A stretch of DNA of 63,859 nt, the filler included, from Basidiobolus ranarum (taxonomy: Eukaryota): assembly GCA_040143965.1 (NCBI GenBank). It is 30 parts of 30 records of this genome, joined end to end, with 100 filler letters (N's around TTAATTAATTAA, not from the genome) between each part and the next. Parts side by side here need not be neighbours in the genome. Positions count along the whole stretch, not along the records: positions 23,515 to 25,548 come from JASJQH010003884.1; positions 25,649 to 27,681 come from JASJQH010003885.1; positions 27,782 to 29,814 come from JASJQH010003886.1; positions 29,915 to 31,947 come from JASJQH010003887.1; positions 32,048 to 34,078 come from JASJQH010003888.1; positions 34,179 to 36,209 come from JASJQH010003889.1; positions 36,310 to 38,339 come from JASJQH010003890.1; 23 more parts are not named here. One strand, 5' to 3'. The notes under the pieces are model-generated. The model saw only the letters and a program-made list of their open reading frames with translations. It had not been told where the DNA came from and searched no databases. Below are positions 23,901-36,849 of this stretch, in pieces; the stretch's first letter is position 1; the number at the start of each line of letters is the position of its first letter. A program made the translations under genes and the position numbers.

Positions 23901-25456
23901 CCGAAGCAAGCAACCATGTACCATGTACAATGGGAATTCTAAACTAACCAGATCACTACTAGCATTAGCATATATATCGACATGGTACTTGCATTTGGCA
24001 CCCAATAAATGAGACCTCATTACAAAATAATTCATGAGTTCATTCAGTATTTATCTTGTTTCTTATTTAATCGATTTCAGTACTTCTCAGTTACAATGGT
24101 CTCCTGAGCTTATCGTGAACAAAACCATAGTAGTACCGATAGATATTGTAACAAACAAACCAGATAGGATGATGTTAACGCAATCCAAAATTACATAATG
24201 TTTGTAAGATTCGAAGATTGCTAACCCTAGCATGAATTTACCCCTATTACTTCACCAAAAGCGTGTGCATTGTTAAACTCAGAGCCTGTGATTGCCCAAA
24301 TTGCAGTTTTTATCTTTTTATGGATCAAATGTTAATGGGAACTTATGAGATCATGAAGAAATTGGAAATGATACGACTTGTCGTGTTAGGCTTTCTCTAT
24401 CACACTGATCCCGGCGTTATTCCTTTTATAACCAGTGCCGGAATAATCCTTTTAAACTGTCGTATTCCTCAGTGGAACACTTACAACATCAACTACAAAG
24501 TTCCATCTGATTGAAGTGAGAAGAAAACTGGACAAATCTAATACATATATGAGGAATCTTATATCACTACTTCAAGAATTAGTCAACGCAGGTCAATATG
24601 TATTGTCAGCACCTCAGCTGGAATAAAATCGAACCTTACAACTTCCTGGGTAATAAGAAGATACACCTTCATAAGTTTCAATATATACACAAAGAAATCT
24701 TTGGCAACTTATTCTTGAACTCAGTTCTTATTATATATAGTTTCGTAAATGTATACTGAAACAACAGACATCTGTGTGGAATTATCTTACCTAGCTACTC
24801 ACGTGTTTTTATTCGATTTATATTATTACCACTACTACTGTTATCCCTAATTTGCTCATTCCTTGCTGATTTACACAAATACTGACAAGGTATAAATATT
24901 TGCTACCTTAAGTTGCTCAAAATCTACTTACAAAAACTGGGGTTGAGTTCAGGCCTAATTACTCAGCCACCGTCTATACTATATTGGTATGTATTCTAAT
25001 CCTAATAGTAGCAGCATCTATAGAATTACATACTTCTCATGGTAAATCGTTGCCTAATTAGTAGTGTTCTTATTACACAAAAAATCCTAGTTAGTACTGA
25101 TCAGTTGTATTCTAAGCCACCAATAAATTGAGTGTTGCAAATGTGTTCAATAGGTAAATCATCATAATCCATTACACCGTTGTTGGCGCAATATTTGTGA
25201 AGTAGGCTCGAACCAAGATAATAGTATGTTTTAGTACCACGAAGTATAGTATAAATGAATTGGTATTTATGGCAATCCATATTGAATCGCTAAGCAAATG
25301 TGGGTTTCTGAACTCTACAACGAAACTATAAATATAAGAGGATTCAGCTACAATTTGAAAAAACAAGAATCATTTTTAGGTAAGAATATTCTCTCATATA
25401 CTAAATCTTGTATTCTTTACTAATTGTTCTTCATATCCAGCTCTAATTACCGCATC

Positions 25457-25548
25457 ATGTCCGTAGAATCCAACAAAGTCAAGTTCGCTTATGAGTTGAA
25501 TATGCAAGGCAGCAAGACTGAAACCTACGAGAAAGGTCAAACAGTCCG
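25457..25548 (+). CDS. N-terminus of an unidentified protein (MSVESNKVKFAYELNMQGSKTETYEKGQTV...), preceded by a 5'-UTR intron at 25380-25440
   Basis: TATA at 25327, canonical 61-bp intron, ATG in good context, frame open to the contig end. Confidence 0.7.
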
Positions 25549-25648
25549 NNNNNNNNNNNNNNNNNNNNNNNNNNNNNNNNNNNNNNNNNNNNTTAATTAA
25601 TTAANNNNNNNNNNNNNNNNNNNNNNNNNNNNNNNNNNNNNNNNNNNN

Positions 25649-26500
25649 TAGTGATGCAGATTGGGGCCATGATATTGAGGACAGCAGATCTATCACTGGA
25701 TATACCTCTCTCTATGGTGAAGCAGCCATATCTTGCAATAGCAAGAAATAACTCACTGTAGCACTTTCAACAACTGAAGTAGAGTATGTGGCAGCATCAT
25801 ATACAACAAAGGAGGCTATGTGGTTATGGAAATTTTTCAAAGACTTGGGCATTTTTCAAAGTTCACCCACCGTAATTTTCAAGGATAATCAAAGTTGTAT
25901 TTCTTTAGCTAAAAATCCCAAATTTCATGCTAGAAGTAAGCACATTGACATTCAACATCATTTTGTTAGGATAGCTATTGAGAATAAGCATGTCCAATTA
26001 CAGTACTGCCCAACTGAGGATATGCTTGCTGACATCCTTACCAAACCATTACCCAAGCCAAAAGTTGAAGAATTAAGATTTAAGTTAGGATTGAGATATA
26101 TGAGTATTTAGTTGAGTGGCAGTGTTGGAGTTCATTGTCTTTATCATATTTGTTATCTCTATCTTTATACACCTAACTATTTTGTATATCACATATGAGT
26201 TAGTTAACAGTACTGAGTCAAATATCACTTAACTGCAAATTTGAACACATATTATACACATATGTGAATATTGTGAGAATTAGCACTGCCATATTGGAAA
26301 TTTCAAACTTGTCCAAATTGCCCCAAAGTTAGCTCATTTAACTCCCACAGATGTTCTGAACACTATCCCAGTGTTAGTTTTCTGTATTTCCACCAAAATG
26401 TTTAAATGCTTTATTTCTGGACAATGAATAATTGTCTCACAAAGCTATTCACAACTCCACTTTTCTAAAGTTGCTCCAAGCAGTCCATATTTTCCCAATA
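25649..26500 (+). mobile_element. Ty1/copia RNase H, PPT and 3' LTR family B (26123-26500)
   Basis: SDADW..D..DSRS.TGY, ALSTTEVEY, DNQSCISL, KHIDIQHHF, ADILTKPL; then TGTTGGAG...CCCAATA. Confidence 0.9.
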
Positions 26501-27045
26501 ATGCAATGTCCAAATTTCTGTTAAAGCAATGATTTGTGCCCCCACAAAAGAATATGCTGGTATCAATATTCTTTGATTTTGATCAAATACTAAAACTTCT
26601 TTGATCAAAAACAATTGTAAACTTAACCAGTAGTGTCTTGTCAATGATGCACATGGAGAAATTACCCAAAGGCGTAAGGTACCTTTGCATTAGCAGGGAA
26701 TCTTGGGAAAGATGGGTAATAAGAGGGAGTCCAAGCTTGGGGGGTTTCAAGGTTGGAAAACAAGGGTACAGTGAGTTCTACAGGCAAGTGTAAGAAATCT
26801 GATAAAACTGTCACAATAAGGAACTGGACAAGGACTAGAAACAGGAACTAGAGGCTAGAAAGCAGGAGAGTATTTAGGTGTGGACCCCAAGTCAAGACAA
26901 GACAAGACTGGACAGGGAAGATACTTTGGCAAGAATCTTTATTGGTAACTGATGTTGATCTGACTGAGGTCTGATCAAGGAAAACAGGGAGCTTATATAG
27001 ATATCACAGGGTGAAAAATAATATGCTTAAAAGGTAATATACTGT
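26501..27045 (-). mobile_element. Chromovirus 5' UTR and part of 5' LTR-C
   Basis: Aligns with ~28068-28605. Confidence 0.85.
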
Positions 27046-27046
27046 G

Positions 27047-27532
27047 TGTTGTGCACTAGTATACAAAGCTTTTAACTTACATCATATCTCTAGAACTTGC
27101 ATGATATCTGTTTAGTTTATTATCAGCACTAACTAGTAACCTCATGTTATCCAGTGACTCTATCATGTGACTTATCACATGACTAACTATCTATTATCTT
27201 ATCCACTCAATCAGATCATATGACCAATCATATGAGCATTATCCAATCAGTAATAATCTTGGAGTCATCTGCCTAGACATAAGTCAAGATGAGTCACAAG
27301 ATTCATAACCAATGATCTTTCACTGCCAAGACTTCAGCTGATGCATGGCTCACTTGTCTATCTATCTACCTATCCAATCACATTTTCTTTTATCAGAATT
27401 AGTCATCTATTATCTTGGTGCAGACTAATTCACTTTGCTATCAAAAAGTATAAATAGAGCAAACTGGACATTTTGGTTTAGTGTGTGTGTGAACAAATAT
27501 AGGATCTCAACACTTCTTGGTGTTTCTCAACA
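27047..27532 (+). mobile_element. Possible additional LTR (TGTTG...CAACA) nested in LTR-C; LTR-A fragment follows at 27543-27681
   Basis: Inverted TGTTG/CAACA ends and TATAAA at ~27449; only one copy seen. Confidence 0.45.
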
Positions 27533-27781
27533 AATTTGATATTGTTAAAGTATTTGGGAGCCTGTTGGAAGTGGTTTGGAGAATTAGAAAAATTGGTGGT
27601 TGTCACTTGATGACTTATTGAGTAGAAAGTTGACAATTATTGTTTTGTCAGGATGCAAACAAACTAACATGTGGAATGTGTNNNNNNNNNNNNNNNNNNN
27701 NNNNNNNNNNNNNNNNNNNNNNNNNTTAATTAATTAANNNNNNNNNNNNNNNNNNNNNNNNNNNNNNNNNNNNNNNNNNNN

Positions 27782-28912
27782 GGACCAATACAAAGAGGGC
27801 TGATATAAGGTTGATGTAAGGATGATCAGGTGATCTTCCATGGAATGTCTTGGCAGAAATACACTATGTGTGGGATGACATGATTGGTTAGGTTTCATGG
27901 AATGTTCCAAAGAAAATGACTTCCATATAAGGTAATCTGGGTGAACTAACACAAGATTGCCAAGAAGGGATGGCTCAGCAGATATGATGTCATACACTAA
28001 TAATAGAGGAGTTCTATTTGTAGTGGATCAATATGCCAAGATCAGAATCATGACAAATAATCACAACGCAATGTCCAACTTTCTGTTGAAGAAATAATTG
28101 GCACCAGGACAAAAGAATATGCTGGTATCAACATCCTTAGATCTTGGTCAAGTACTAAAGCTTCTTTGATCAATAATAACTGTAAACTCCACCAGTAATA
28201 TCTTGACAAGGATGCACTTAAAGAAATTATCCAAAGGTGGAAGGTACCTTTGCCTTAGCAGGGAAGCTTGGGAAAGATGGGAATAAGAGGGAAGCCAACC
28301 TTGGGGGGGTTACAAGATTGGAAAGCAGGGATGGAGAGAAATCTACAGGCAAGTGTAAGTAGTGAGATCAAACTGTCACAATAAGGAACTAGATAAGGAC
28401 TGGAAACAATGACAAGAGGCTAGAAGGCAGGAGAGTACTTGGGTATAGATCACAAGACAAGACAAGACTGGACAGGGAAGAAACTTTGGCAAGAATCTTT
28501 ACTGATAACTGGTGTTGATCAGACTGAGGTTTGATCAAGGAATACATGGGGCTTATATATATATTCTAGTGTGAAACATAATATTCTGAATAGGGAATGT
28601 ACTGGGGCAAGTTCAAGTGTTGGGGTGTTGGGGACTACAAGGACCAATACAAAGAGGGATGTGGTAAGATGATGTAAGGATAATCAGGTGACCTTACATG
28701 GAAGGTCTTTGTGGGAATACACTATGTGTGGGTTGACACAATTGGTTTGGTTTCATGGAATGTTTCAAAGAATATGACTTCCATATAAGGTAACCTGGAT
28801 GAACTAACATGAGAATGCCAAGAAGGGAGCCACAGCAGATATGATGTCATAAACAAATAATGGAAGAGTTTTATTTGCAGTGTATCAGTATGCCAAGATC
28901 AGAATTATGACA
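27782..28912 (-). mobile_element. Chromovirus: full LTR-C (28374-28912), 318-bp 5' UTR, second partial LTR-C (27782-28055)
   Basis: TGTCAT...GTGACA ends; homology to 47763-48296. Confidence 0.9.
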
Positions 28913-29814
28913 ATGTGCATATGTAGAAACTAAACACAACAAGATTGCTGTATTTTTTGATTCTCAATATGGCCGAAATACAAAGCCTGAATTATTCAAA
29001 CAAAGGCAAGCACAATAATTTGAATTCCTATAGCAGTAAACCCAGTATTTTGCCATTTAAAAATGAGATTATTATGAAAATTGCTGGAAATTAAATAACA
29101 CATGCCAAATATAAAGATCAATACTTTAACATCAATGAATACCATCAAAAAGCCACCATCTCACCATCAAAATCCCAGGCAGAACACAAGCCATAGATAT
29201 TGTGATGGTTCTCTAATGGTTTTGTAATCCAGTAGGGTTAATCCAATCCAGATCAAATCAATTCTATTTTTGTTAGGGTTAAGTCAATGTTGTGAACCAA
29301 TTACTGTTCATATTCATTAGGCTTTTTGCAGCTGGTGACTAGGTACAGTGACTGTGCTTGTCATTATTTTTTCTATGAAGCCTCTGGCTTCCATAGCACA
29401 AGAATATGTGACAATAATAGCAGGGTTTCTTTAAATATTTGTGTTGTGGCATGAGAAAAAGTTGTGGAAAAAAGATCACCTATTATGTAGGGGCGGTATT
29501 TTAGATATATATCATTGATGTCATCAGCTGACTCTGAGATGGTATCATAGATGGGTCATCAGGAGATTTACAAGATATTTCCAGTAATGTATGGTAATTT
29601 TGGTTTATTATCAGCTGTTTCTAAGCAATTTTATTATACCAAGTTTAGCATCTGAATATTTCAATACCATTCAAAAAGCATTTAAAATATAAATAAAAAT
29701 TGACTTCCAAGCAAAGGCCAGCTGGCACAAGAGGAAAAAAACCAGCAAGAACAAAGGACTTAATTGATTAGCAGTCTAGCAATCCACTATCTACTTTGGA
29801 AGGCATTAACATGC
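28913..29814. mobile_element. CMC pieces: transposase-side terminus (to 29278) and divergent promoter/ORF2 start (~29325-29814)
   Basis: Aligns with 32931-33310 (reverse) and ~51425-51913. Confidence 0.85.
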
Positions 29815-29914
29815 NNNNNNNNNNNNNNNNNNNNNNNNNNNNNNNNNNNNNNNNNNNNTTAATTAATTAANNNNNNNNNNNNNNNNNNNNNNNNNNNNNN
29901 NNNNNNNNNNNNNN

Positions 29915-31310
29915 CATATGATCACTTGCACCAGAATCTAGAATCCATACATCAGCAGAGTCATTTCCTGATTTAGAGGTTGCCATAAGTACATAGTGTT
30001 CATTTCCTCTTTTAGTGGTGTTATAGGCTTCCTTTTTCTTTGAAACCCATTTCTTCTATGATCTGCAGTAACATGCTATATGTCCCAGTTTTCCGCGTTT
30101 GTAACATTTAACAGTGCTCCTTTCTGGTTGGCTAGCTTAAGAATAAAATGCTTGTGTAGTTTTTGTTTCATCTGCAAGCTGCTTTTGTCTTTCTTTTTAA
30201 ATTCTTCTTGACATAAACAAGAGATCAGATAGTGCTGAGTGAGCTTATCCCCAATTGCTTCCAAAGTGAGTACAAGGGCTGATTATAATGGACTTGTTCC
30301 ATTGTGCCAGGATTTATTGGACCTTGGATCAATATATTAGAGTAAATGTGATTGAAATTGATCATGCTGGAGGGTGATGTAGAGTGCCAAATTGTGCTGC
30401 ATAAATTTTAGAATACTCTATCCAATATGATATATACAGCACAATCTGGCACTATGACAGAGAACAAGTCCAATATCTAAATAAAGGCATGCATATTAAT
30501 TCAAATTCCTACAGCAGTAAACCCAGTAATTTGCCATTCAAAAATTATATTTTGCAAAAATTGCCAGAAATTAATAATGCATGCCAAATATGTGGATCAA
30601 TATTTTAACATGTATGAATACCATTATAATACCATCTAGAAACCATCATCATACCATCTAAATCCCTGGCAGAATGCAAGCCACCAACATTGTGATGGTT
30701 CTCTGATGGTTGTGCAATTTAGAAGGGTTGATCCAATCCGGATCAAATTGATTTTATTTTGGTCAGGGTACAAGTGGCAAACATGTGGGTATTAGACAGC
30801 ATTTCATTAGAGAGACTATAGAGAATATGTTTATTGACTTAACTTATTGGTCTACAGAAGACAAGATTGCTGATATATTGACCATACTATCAGCTTTAAC
30901 AGAGATTTGAGAGAATTAGAACTGTCTTATTATTGGTTCATAAGACTATTTAGTTGAGGAAGAGTGTTGAAGTTGGCATTTTCTGAACACCTATACAGTC
31001 ATGTATAGTTTAGTATTTAATATCATATACTTCATTAAAATACAACCCATTATCTTCAATTGGAATTTACTTGGAATATTTTTACCATCTTGAAGGTTAT
31101 GAGATATATAGATTTTGCAAACTTGAGCTAGAAGCCCCAAGCTTAGCACACATATTCCTGGGACCTTCCTTGATAGACTTCATGTGCTAGTTTGTATACC
31201 TTTTGGCAAAATTATAAATGGCAAGTTTTTATTCACTAAATTAATAAGTGAAACCACCAATATCTCTAAATCTCCAAACCATTTCCAACAGGCTCTCAAA
31301 TACTTAAACA
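29915..31310. mobile_element. Nested cluster: copia gag-protease (minus), CMC terminus (~30430-30768), copia RNase H end + PPT + LTR-A (30965-31310)
   Basis: WILDSGASDHM on the minus strand; QHFIRETIE; GAGGAAGAG precedes TGTTGAAG. Confidence 0.85.
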
Positions 31311-32047
31311 CTTTTTATCCTCATATGGTTCTCCAAGACTGTTCTGCATTAATATTGTGCATATCCCATTTACTGAAATATGTAATTTGGCTTTTGGACC
31401 CTCTGAAACTCTACATAATCAATATACCTGCTAGAGTATAAGCTCAATGGTTCCCATGGTAAGTATTTGCAAAAAAGCTATTATGTCCATGCTTAAAAAA
31501 GGAAAGTTTCTTGCATCATCTTTGTGTTTATTTGGCAAGAAGCAAGCTAACAGATGATAACCACTCTAATTATAAGTGAAGTTGAACTGTGATGAACTTA
31601 TGCTAGCAAGATGCTAATGATTTGTCAAATATTTGGAGGAATTTGAACATATTTGGTTAATTGTTGTTGATGTTGCATCTTACTGAACTATCAGATATCT
31701 ACAATATACTATCTCAGTTATTATAGGAATTGAAAAGGACTATACTAGATTCCCTGATAGTATATTTCCTACTGTCACTAGAATAATCCAATGGTCAGCA
31801 ATTGGTGAACATGCTAGTACCTCAAATACTTATCATAGCAAAACTTACTTTTTAGAAGTTGAATTTAGTCACAAACAGGAGATTGAGAGAGGCATAAGAC
31901 CAGTCAGTGTGTATCCTATCCCATTATGGCTTACTCTTAAACCTACTNNNNNNNNNNNNNNNNNNNNNNNNNNNNNNNNNNNNNNNNNNNNTTAATTAAT
32001 TAANNNNNNNNNNNNNNNNNNNNNNNNNNNNNNNNNNNNNNNNNNNN

Positions 32048-34078
32048 AAATGCAAAGACTGGAAGTATTGGATTTTTATATATTCAAGTGGAATTTTGAA
32101 AAGATTTCTGCCTGATAAGTATTTGCAACATTGGGAGTTGTTTGTGGATATTGTTAATATATTCTTACGGCATCAACTCACATTGGCAGATCTCAGGCAG
32201 ATACAGTGACTTAGTGAAGATTTTGTAATTGGATATGAAAAACTTTGTTACAGGTTTAAAGAAGATAGACTGAAACTATGCTGGTATTCAATACATTCCC
32301 TGCTGCTTCTTTCACAATGCTTAGAGATTTTAGGCCTGTGCTAAACATTCTAGGAGTTCCCAATGGAGTGCACCTGTGGTGACATGATGCTCTGTGTGAA
32401 ATTGTCAGTATTACCATATGCTAATCTGATTATCAATGTATCAGCAAAATCAGTGATGGATGTGATGCAATGGGTTAAGGAGACTCCCAAGTATATTAAC
32501 CTGAAAACATAGGGCTCTTTTCAATGTGTTCACAGTTTTTGCATTGTTTGAGCACAATAACAACAATAAAGCCCAATCCATGGACACAGAGTAACTACCT
32601 CTATGAGTGGACTAATTTGCTTGTGTTATAATCTGACAGTATTTTTAGGAAAGCTTCAAGACAGACTTCTTGGTGAGATGGATCAAGATATGCAGTATTA
32701 TTGTTTTAGCCATGGGGTAATCTATTCCAGCAATGACATATCTACTTGTGGCAGGACTTTTGTTGACTGCAAGTTGGGGATATATTGACTGAATTCTTTA
32801 CGGAAATTTGCCAAAATCCTGTAGCTTATGATCATTGTGAGCAGTAACAAGGGTCAGCTATTTGCCAAGTGTCAGTAATATTCAAAATTTCAGATGTTTA
32901 GCAACTTTTCCACCATTAGTTTGCTGGTAACCCTAACAAAAATAAAATCAATTTGATCCGGATTGGATCCACCCTCTGAAATAGCAAATCCATCAGAGAA
33001 CCATCACAATATTGTTGGCTTGTATTCTGCCAGGGATTTTGATGGTGTGATGGTGGTTTCCTGATGGTATCTTAATGGTATTCATACATGTTGAAATATT
33101 GATCCTCAAATTTGGCATGTGTTATTCTATATCCAGCAATTTTTGCAAAAATATAATTTTCAAAAGGCAAATTACTGCGTTTACTGCTGTAGGGTTTTGA
33201 ATTAATATGCATGCCTTTATTTAGATATTTTAGGCTTTGTATTCCAGCCATAATGAGAATCAAAAAAATACAATAATCTTGTTGTGTTTAGTCTCTACAT
33301 ATGCATATACCTGATTGATCAGACATAACTCAACAACATTAATATGCTTTACCAGAAAACTAATGACAGAAAAACTGCTGAACATCTCAAATTTTGAAGG
33401 GCACTGACACTTGACATATAGCTGATTCTTGTTACCATTCACCATGTGAATAAGCTCTTATATTTTGGCACATTTCCATTAAGAATTCAGCCAATATATC
33501 CCTGACTTGTAGTCAACAAATGTCCTGCCACAAGTTGATGTGTCACTGCTTGAATAGATTACCCCAGGGCTAAAATGATAATACTGCATATCTCAATCTA
33601 TCTTACCAAGAAGTCTGACTTGCAGCTTTCCTTGAAATGCTGTTAGATTATTACACAAACAAATTAGTCCAAATATAGAGGTACACACTCTTTGTCTGTG
33701 GATTGGGCTTTGTAGCTGCTATTGTGCTCAAACAATGAAAAAACCCATGAGCACATTGAAAAGAGTCCAGTGTGGAAAGGCTAATATACTCTGGAGTCTC
33801 CTTGGCCCATTGCATTACTTCCATCACAGATTTTGCTGCTACTTTATTACTCAGATTAGCATATGGTGATACTGACAATTTCACATGCAGCATCATTTCA
33901 CCGCAGGTGCACTCCATTGGGAATTCCCATAATGTATAACAAGGGCCTATAAACTCTAAGCATTGTGAAAAATGCTACAGGGAGTGTATTGAAGACCAAC
34001 ATAGATTCAGTCTATCTTCTTTCAACCTGTAATAAAGTTTTTCATATCCAATTACAAAATCTTTGCACAGTTGCTGTA
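32048..34078. mobile_element. Two CMC transposase C-terminal halves in opposite orientation; the minus copy ends in TIR CCCTAACAAAAAT at 32931
   Basis: IHSLL, EFPME.TCG and PYANL motifs on both strands. Confidence 0.9.
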
Positions 34079-34449
34079 NNNNNNNNNNNNNNNNNNNNNN
34101 NNNNNNNNNNNNNNNNNNNNNNTTAATTAATTAANNNNNNNNNNNNNNNNNNNNNNNNNNNNNNNNNNNNNNNNNNNNTTCTCAAAACTTCTCCAAATCA
34201 TCTCAACTATTCACCCATGCTTAACAGCCATATTTGTTATGATCTAAGCATGTCCAATAGTCCTATTTTATAGTAAACTATAAATGGGTCCTATTCAATT
34301 TAATAAAACCTAAGTATCTAATTCACAAATCCAAATTTTGCCCAAAACACTTCCAAATCCCCTAGACACTTTTATCACCAACTTCTCTTTTTAGGAGATC
34401 CAATGGAATGAGATATCTGCCTGATTACAACTCTCACACTAGCCAAAAG

Positions 34450-35742
34450 GATCCTAAAAAAATACCTCCTATCTCAGGGTGGTATTTTAATTATAGCCCA
34501 TCAATATCATCAGCCGATTCTGAGATGGTGTCACAGATGAGTCATCAGGGGATGTACAAGATATTTCTGGTAATGGATGGCAATTTTAGTTTATTATAAG
34601 CTGTTTCTAAGCAATTTCATTGCACCAATATTACCATCAGAAAACTACAATGCCTTCTAAAAGCATTCAAAATCCAATACAAAATTGGCTTCTAAGCAAA
34701 AGCCTGCTGGCACAAAAGGAAAAAAATCAGTAAGAGCAGAGGGCTTAATTCATGAGCAGTCTAATGATCCACTTTCCACTTTGGAAGGCATTAACATGCC
34801 AGAAACTAACTCATGTAATGATGAAGCATTAATATATTTGCCAGATGTGTTCCCTTCCAGCAATAGTGCAAGTGGAGAGAATATAATCCCCCACTCACAT
34901 AGTAAATTGATAGTTGAGCAAAGTTCAACCATAACACCATTAAGACCATCAACTTCCAAAATGGCTGCTTTGCCCACTATTGAACAACCCTCCATAGAAA
35001 ATTTGGATAGAATTATTACAACAAGAGAATTGCAGGCAGAACACTGTAATGATTTGTATGCAATTATAAGTAAAAACTATGAAGTTGCTATACAGGCCAT
35101 GATAAGCAATAATGCCATAATATCGCAATTAATGCAGCATTTGGTTGCAACTAGTCAACAGTTAGAGAGTCACTCAACAATGATACAAGACCTCCAGAAT
35201 GCTGTACTTGAGCTACAGCAACATTCTGCTCCCTCCATCCATTCTCATATGGGATTTCAATCAATCCTATACCATACATATGAATGGCACCATGACAATC
35301 TAGCAGAGCAGAATATGTGTCGGACCATTAAGCCTACACAATGACCCAAAATTGCTGGGCACATGAAAGTAGAAAACTCATACAAAAACCAGCACACCAA
35401 AAGACACTGAATGTCAGAGCTGCCATCACTTGCTCTGATGATGAGTAGTTTAACATTTTGGAAACTGTGCAGAATCTTGCCCAAAATCACCTGGATTTGA
35501 GCCAATTGTGGAAAAACCAAAAACCATAATGGAACAAGTTCATTTCATGTGGCTTATCCTGGGATTCTGCAAGCAAATGGCAATTGGGCTAGTATAGGCC
35601 TATTAATGAAACATCTCAAAAATGTACACAATTATCGACTTGAAAAAGAAAGAAAAGCAGCTAAAGAAGTACTGAAAGAGCAGGAAGTTAGTAAACTCAA
35701 GGGAAAAGCAAAGGAGCCAGTGAGTTTAGGCTCTACTGTCCC
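34450..35742 (+). mobile_element. CMC divergent promoter and ORF2 (decayed)
   Basis: Collinear with ~51570-52869. Confidence 0.85.
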
Positions 35743-36209
35743 TGTTGGATAATTAATCTTTATTCAACATCATAGTTAACTTTAGTTATGATACATATAT
35801 CAGAAGCAGAAAGCAATGTATCTATAGCCCCTATATTCTAAATAGGAATATCTCTATATCTATACAACAAGTATGTCTTATTACCCCCACTTATCTATTA
35901 TATCTTATTACACAAACTCCTGAATATCTCAAACAATTGATTTACTTTTCTACTATATAAGTCACCATATACTCTTAAGAATAAAGTAACTAAAACACAC
36001 TATCATAAGTTGCTTCTAATACTCAAAGTCTACCCCCATTATGTCAAGATCCTCCAACATGGTAGCAGCAAGTGAATTAGAGTCTTCTTCCCAAAAGGAG
36101 ATTACTAATATACCAACATTCAATGGGGAAGATTTCCATGAATGGAAATTCAAGAAGCAACTTGTGCTTGAAGGGAAACATCTCTGGGAAGTAGTTCAAC
36201 CAGATGAAG
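35743..36209 (+). mobile_element. Ty1/copia family D 5' end: LTR 35743-36059, PBS TGGTAGCAGC, gag start
   Basis: TGTTGGA...TCCAACA ends; initiator-tRNA-like PBS; IPTFNGEDFHEWKFK..LVLEGKHLWEVV. Confidence 0.92.
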
Positions 36210-36849
36210 NNNNNNNNNNNNNNNNNNNNNNNNNNNNNNNNNNNNNNNNNNNNTTAATTAATTAANNNNNNNNNNNNNNNNNNNNNNNNNNNNNNNNNNN
36301 NNNNNNNNNCAACTATACTGTTGATCTAGTGTTGTTAGCACTACTTTACTCATTCCATACTACGGATGAAATCATAATTTAAAGTATTTAAGCTGTTGTC
36401 AGATACGCCTTGTGTTCAACCCAAATATCACATTAGCATAATGTATTGCAGTAAAGAGTAAATGTTAGGCATCTGTGATAAAATATCTTTCACGCAACCC
36501 TTTTACTATTATAAACAAATTAGTTAGCCTATATCTGGATTACTTTGGGTGTCTCTGACTCCAATTCTCTTGGTCCATAACCCAGGACCAATTTATCGCG
36601 AATGAATAATAATCTTAATGCTACTCCCAGTATGGCAATAAATGTTAACACCGATTCTGGTAGTAATATTGCAACTAAATATATTTCATGCTTCTGGTTT
36701 TCCGTGCATAGTGACTGCACAAATAGTAATGAGAATAATCTGGCTATTTTAGTCTAACTTTTATATGACTGATCATAATGTGATAGAATTACCATCGTGA
36801 GTGGTTTAAAAGATGACACTCTAGTGTAGTCTAGCACCAAGGCCAAGCA

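Noticed and set aside
32931-32943. CCCTAA/TTAGGG as telomeric repeats (also ~56606)
   Set aside because: Only one or two units occur; most mark the CMC TIR.
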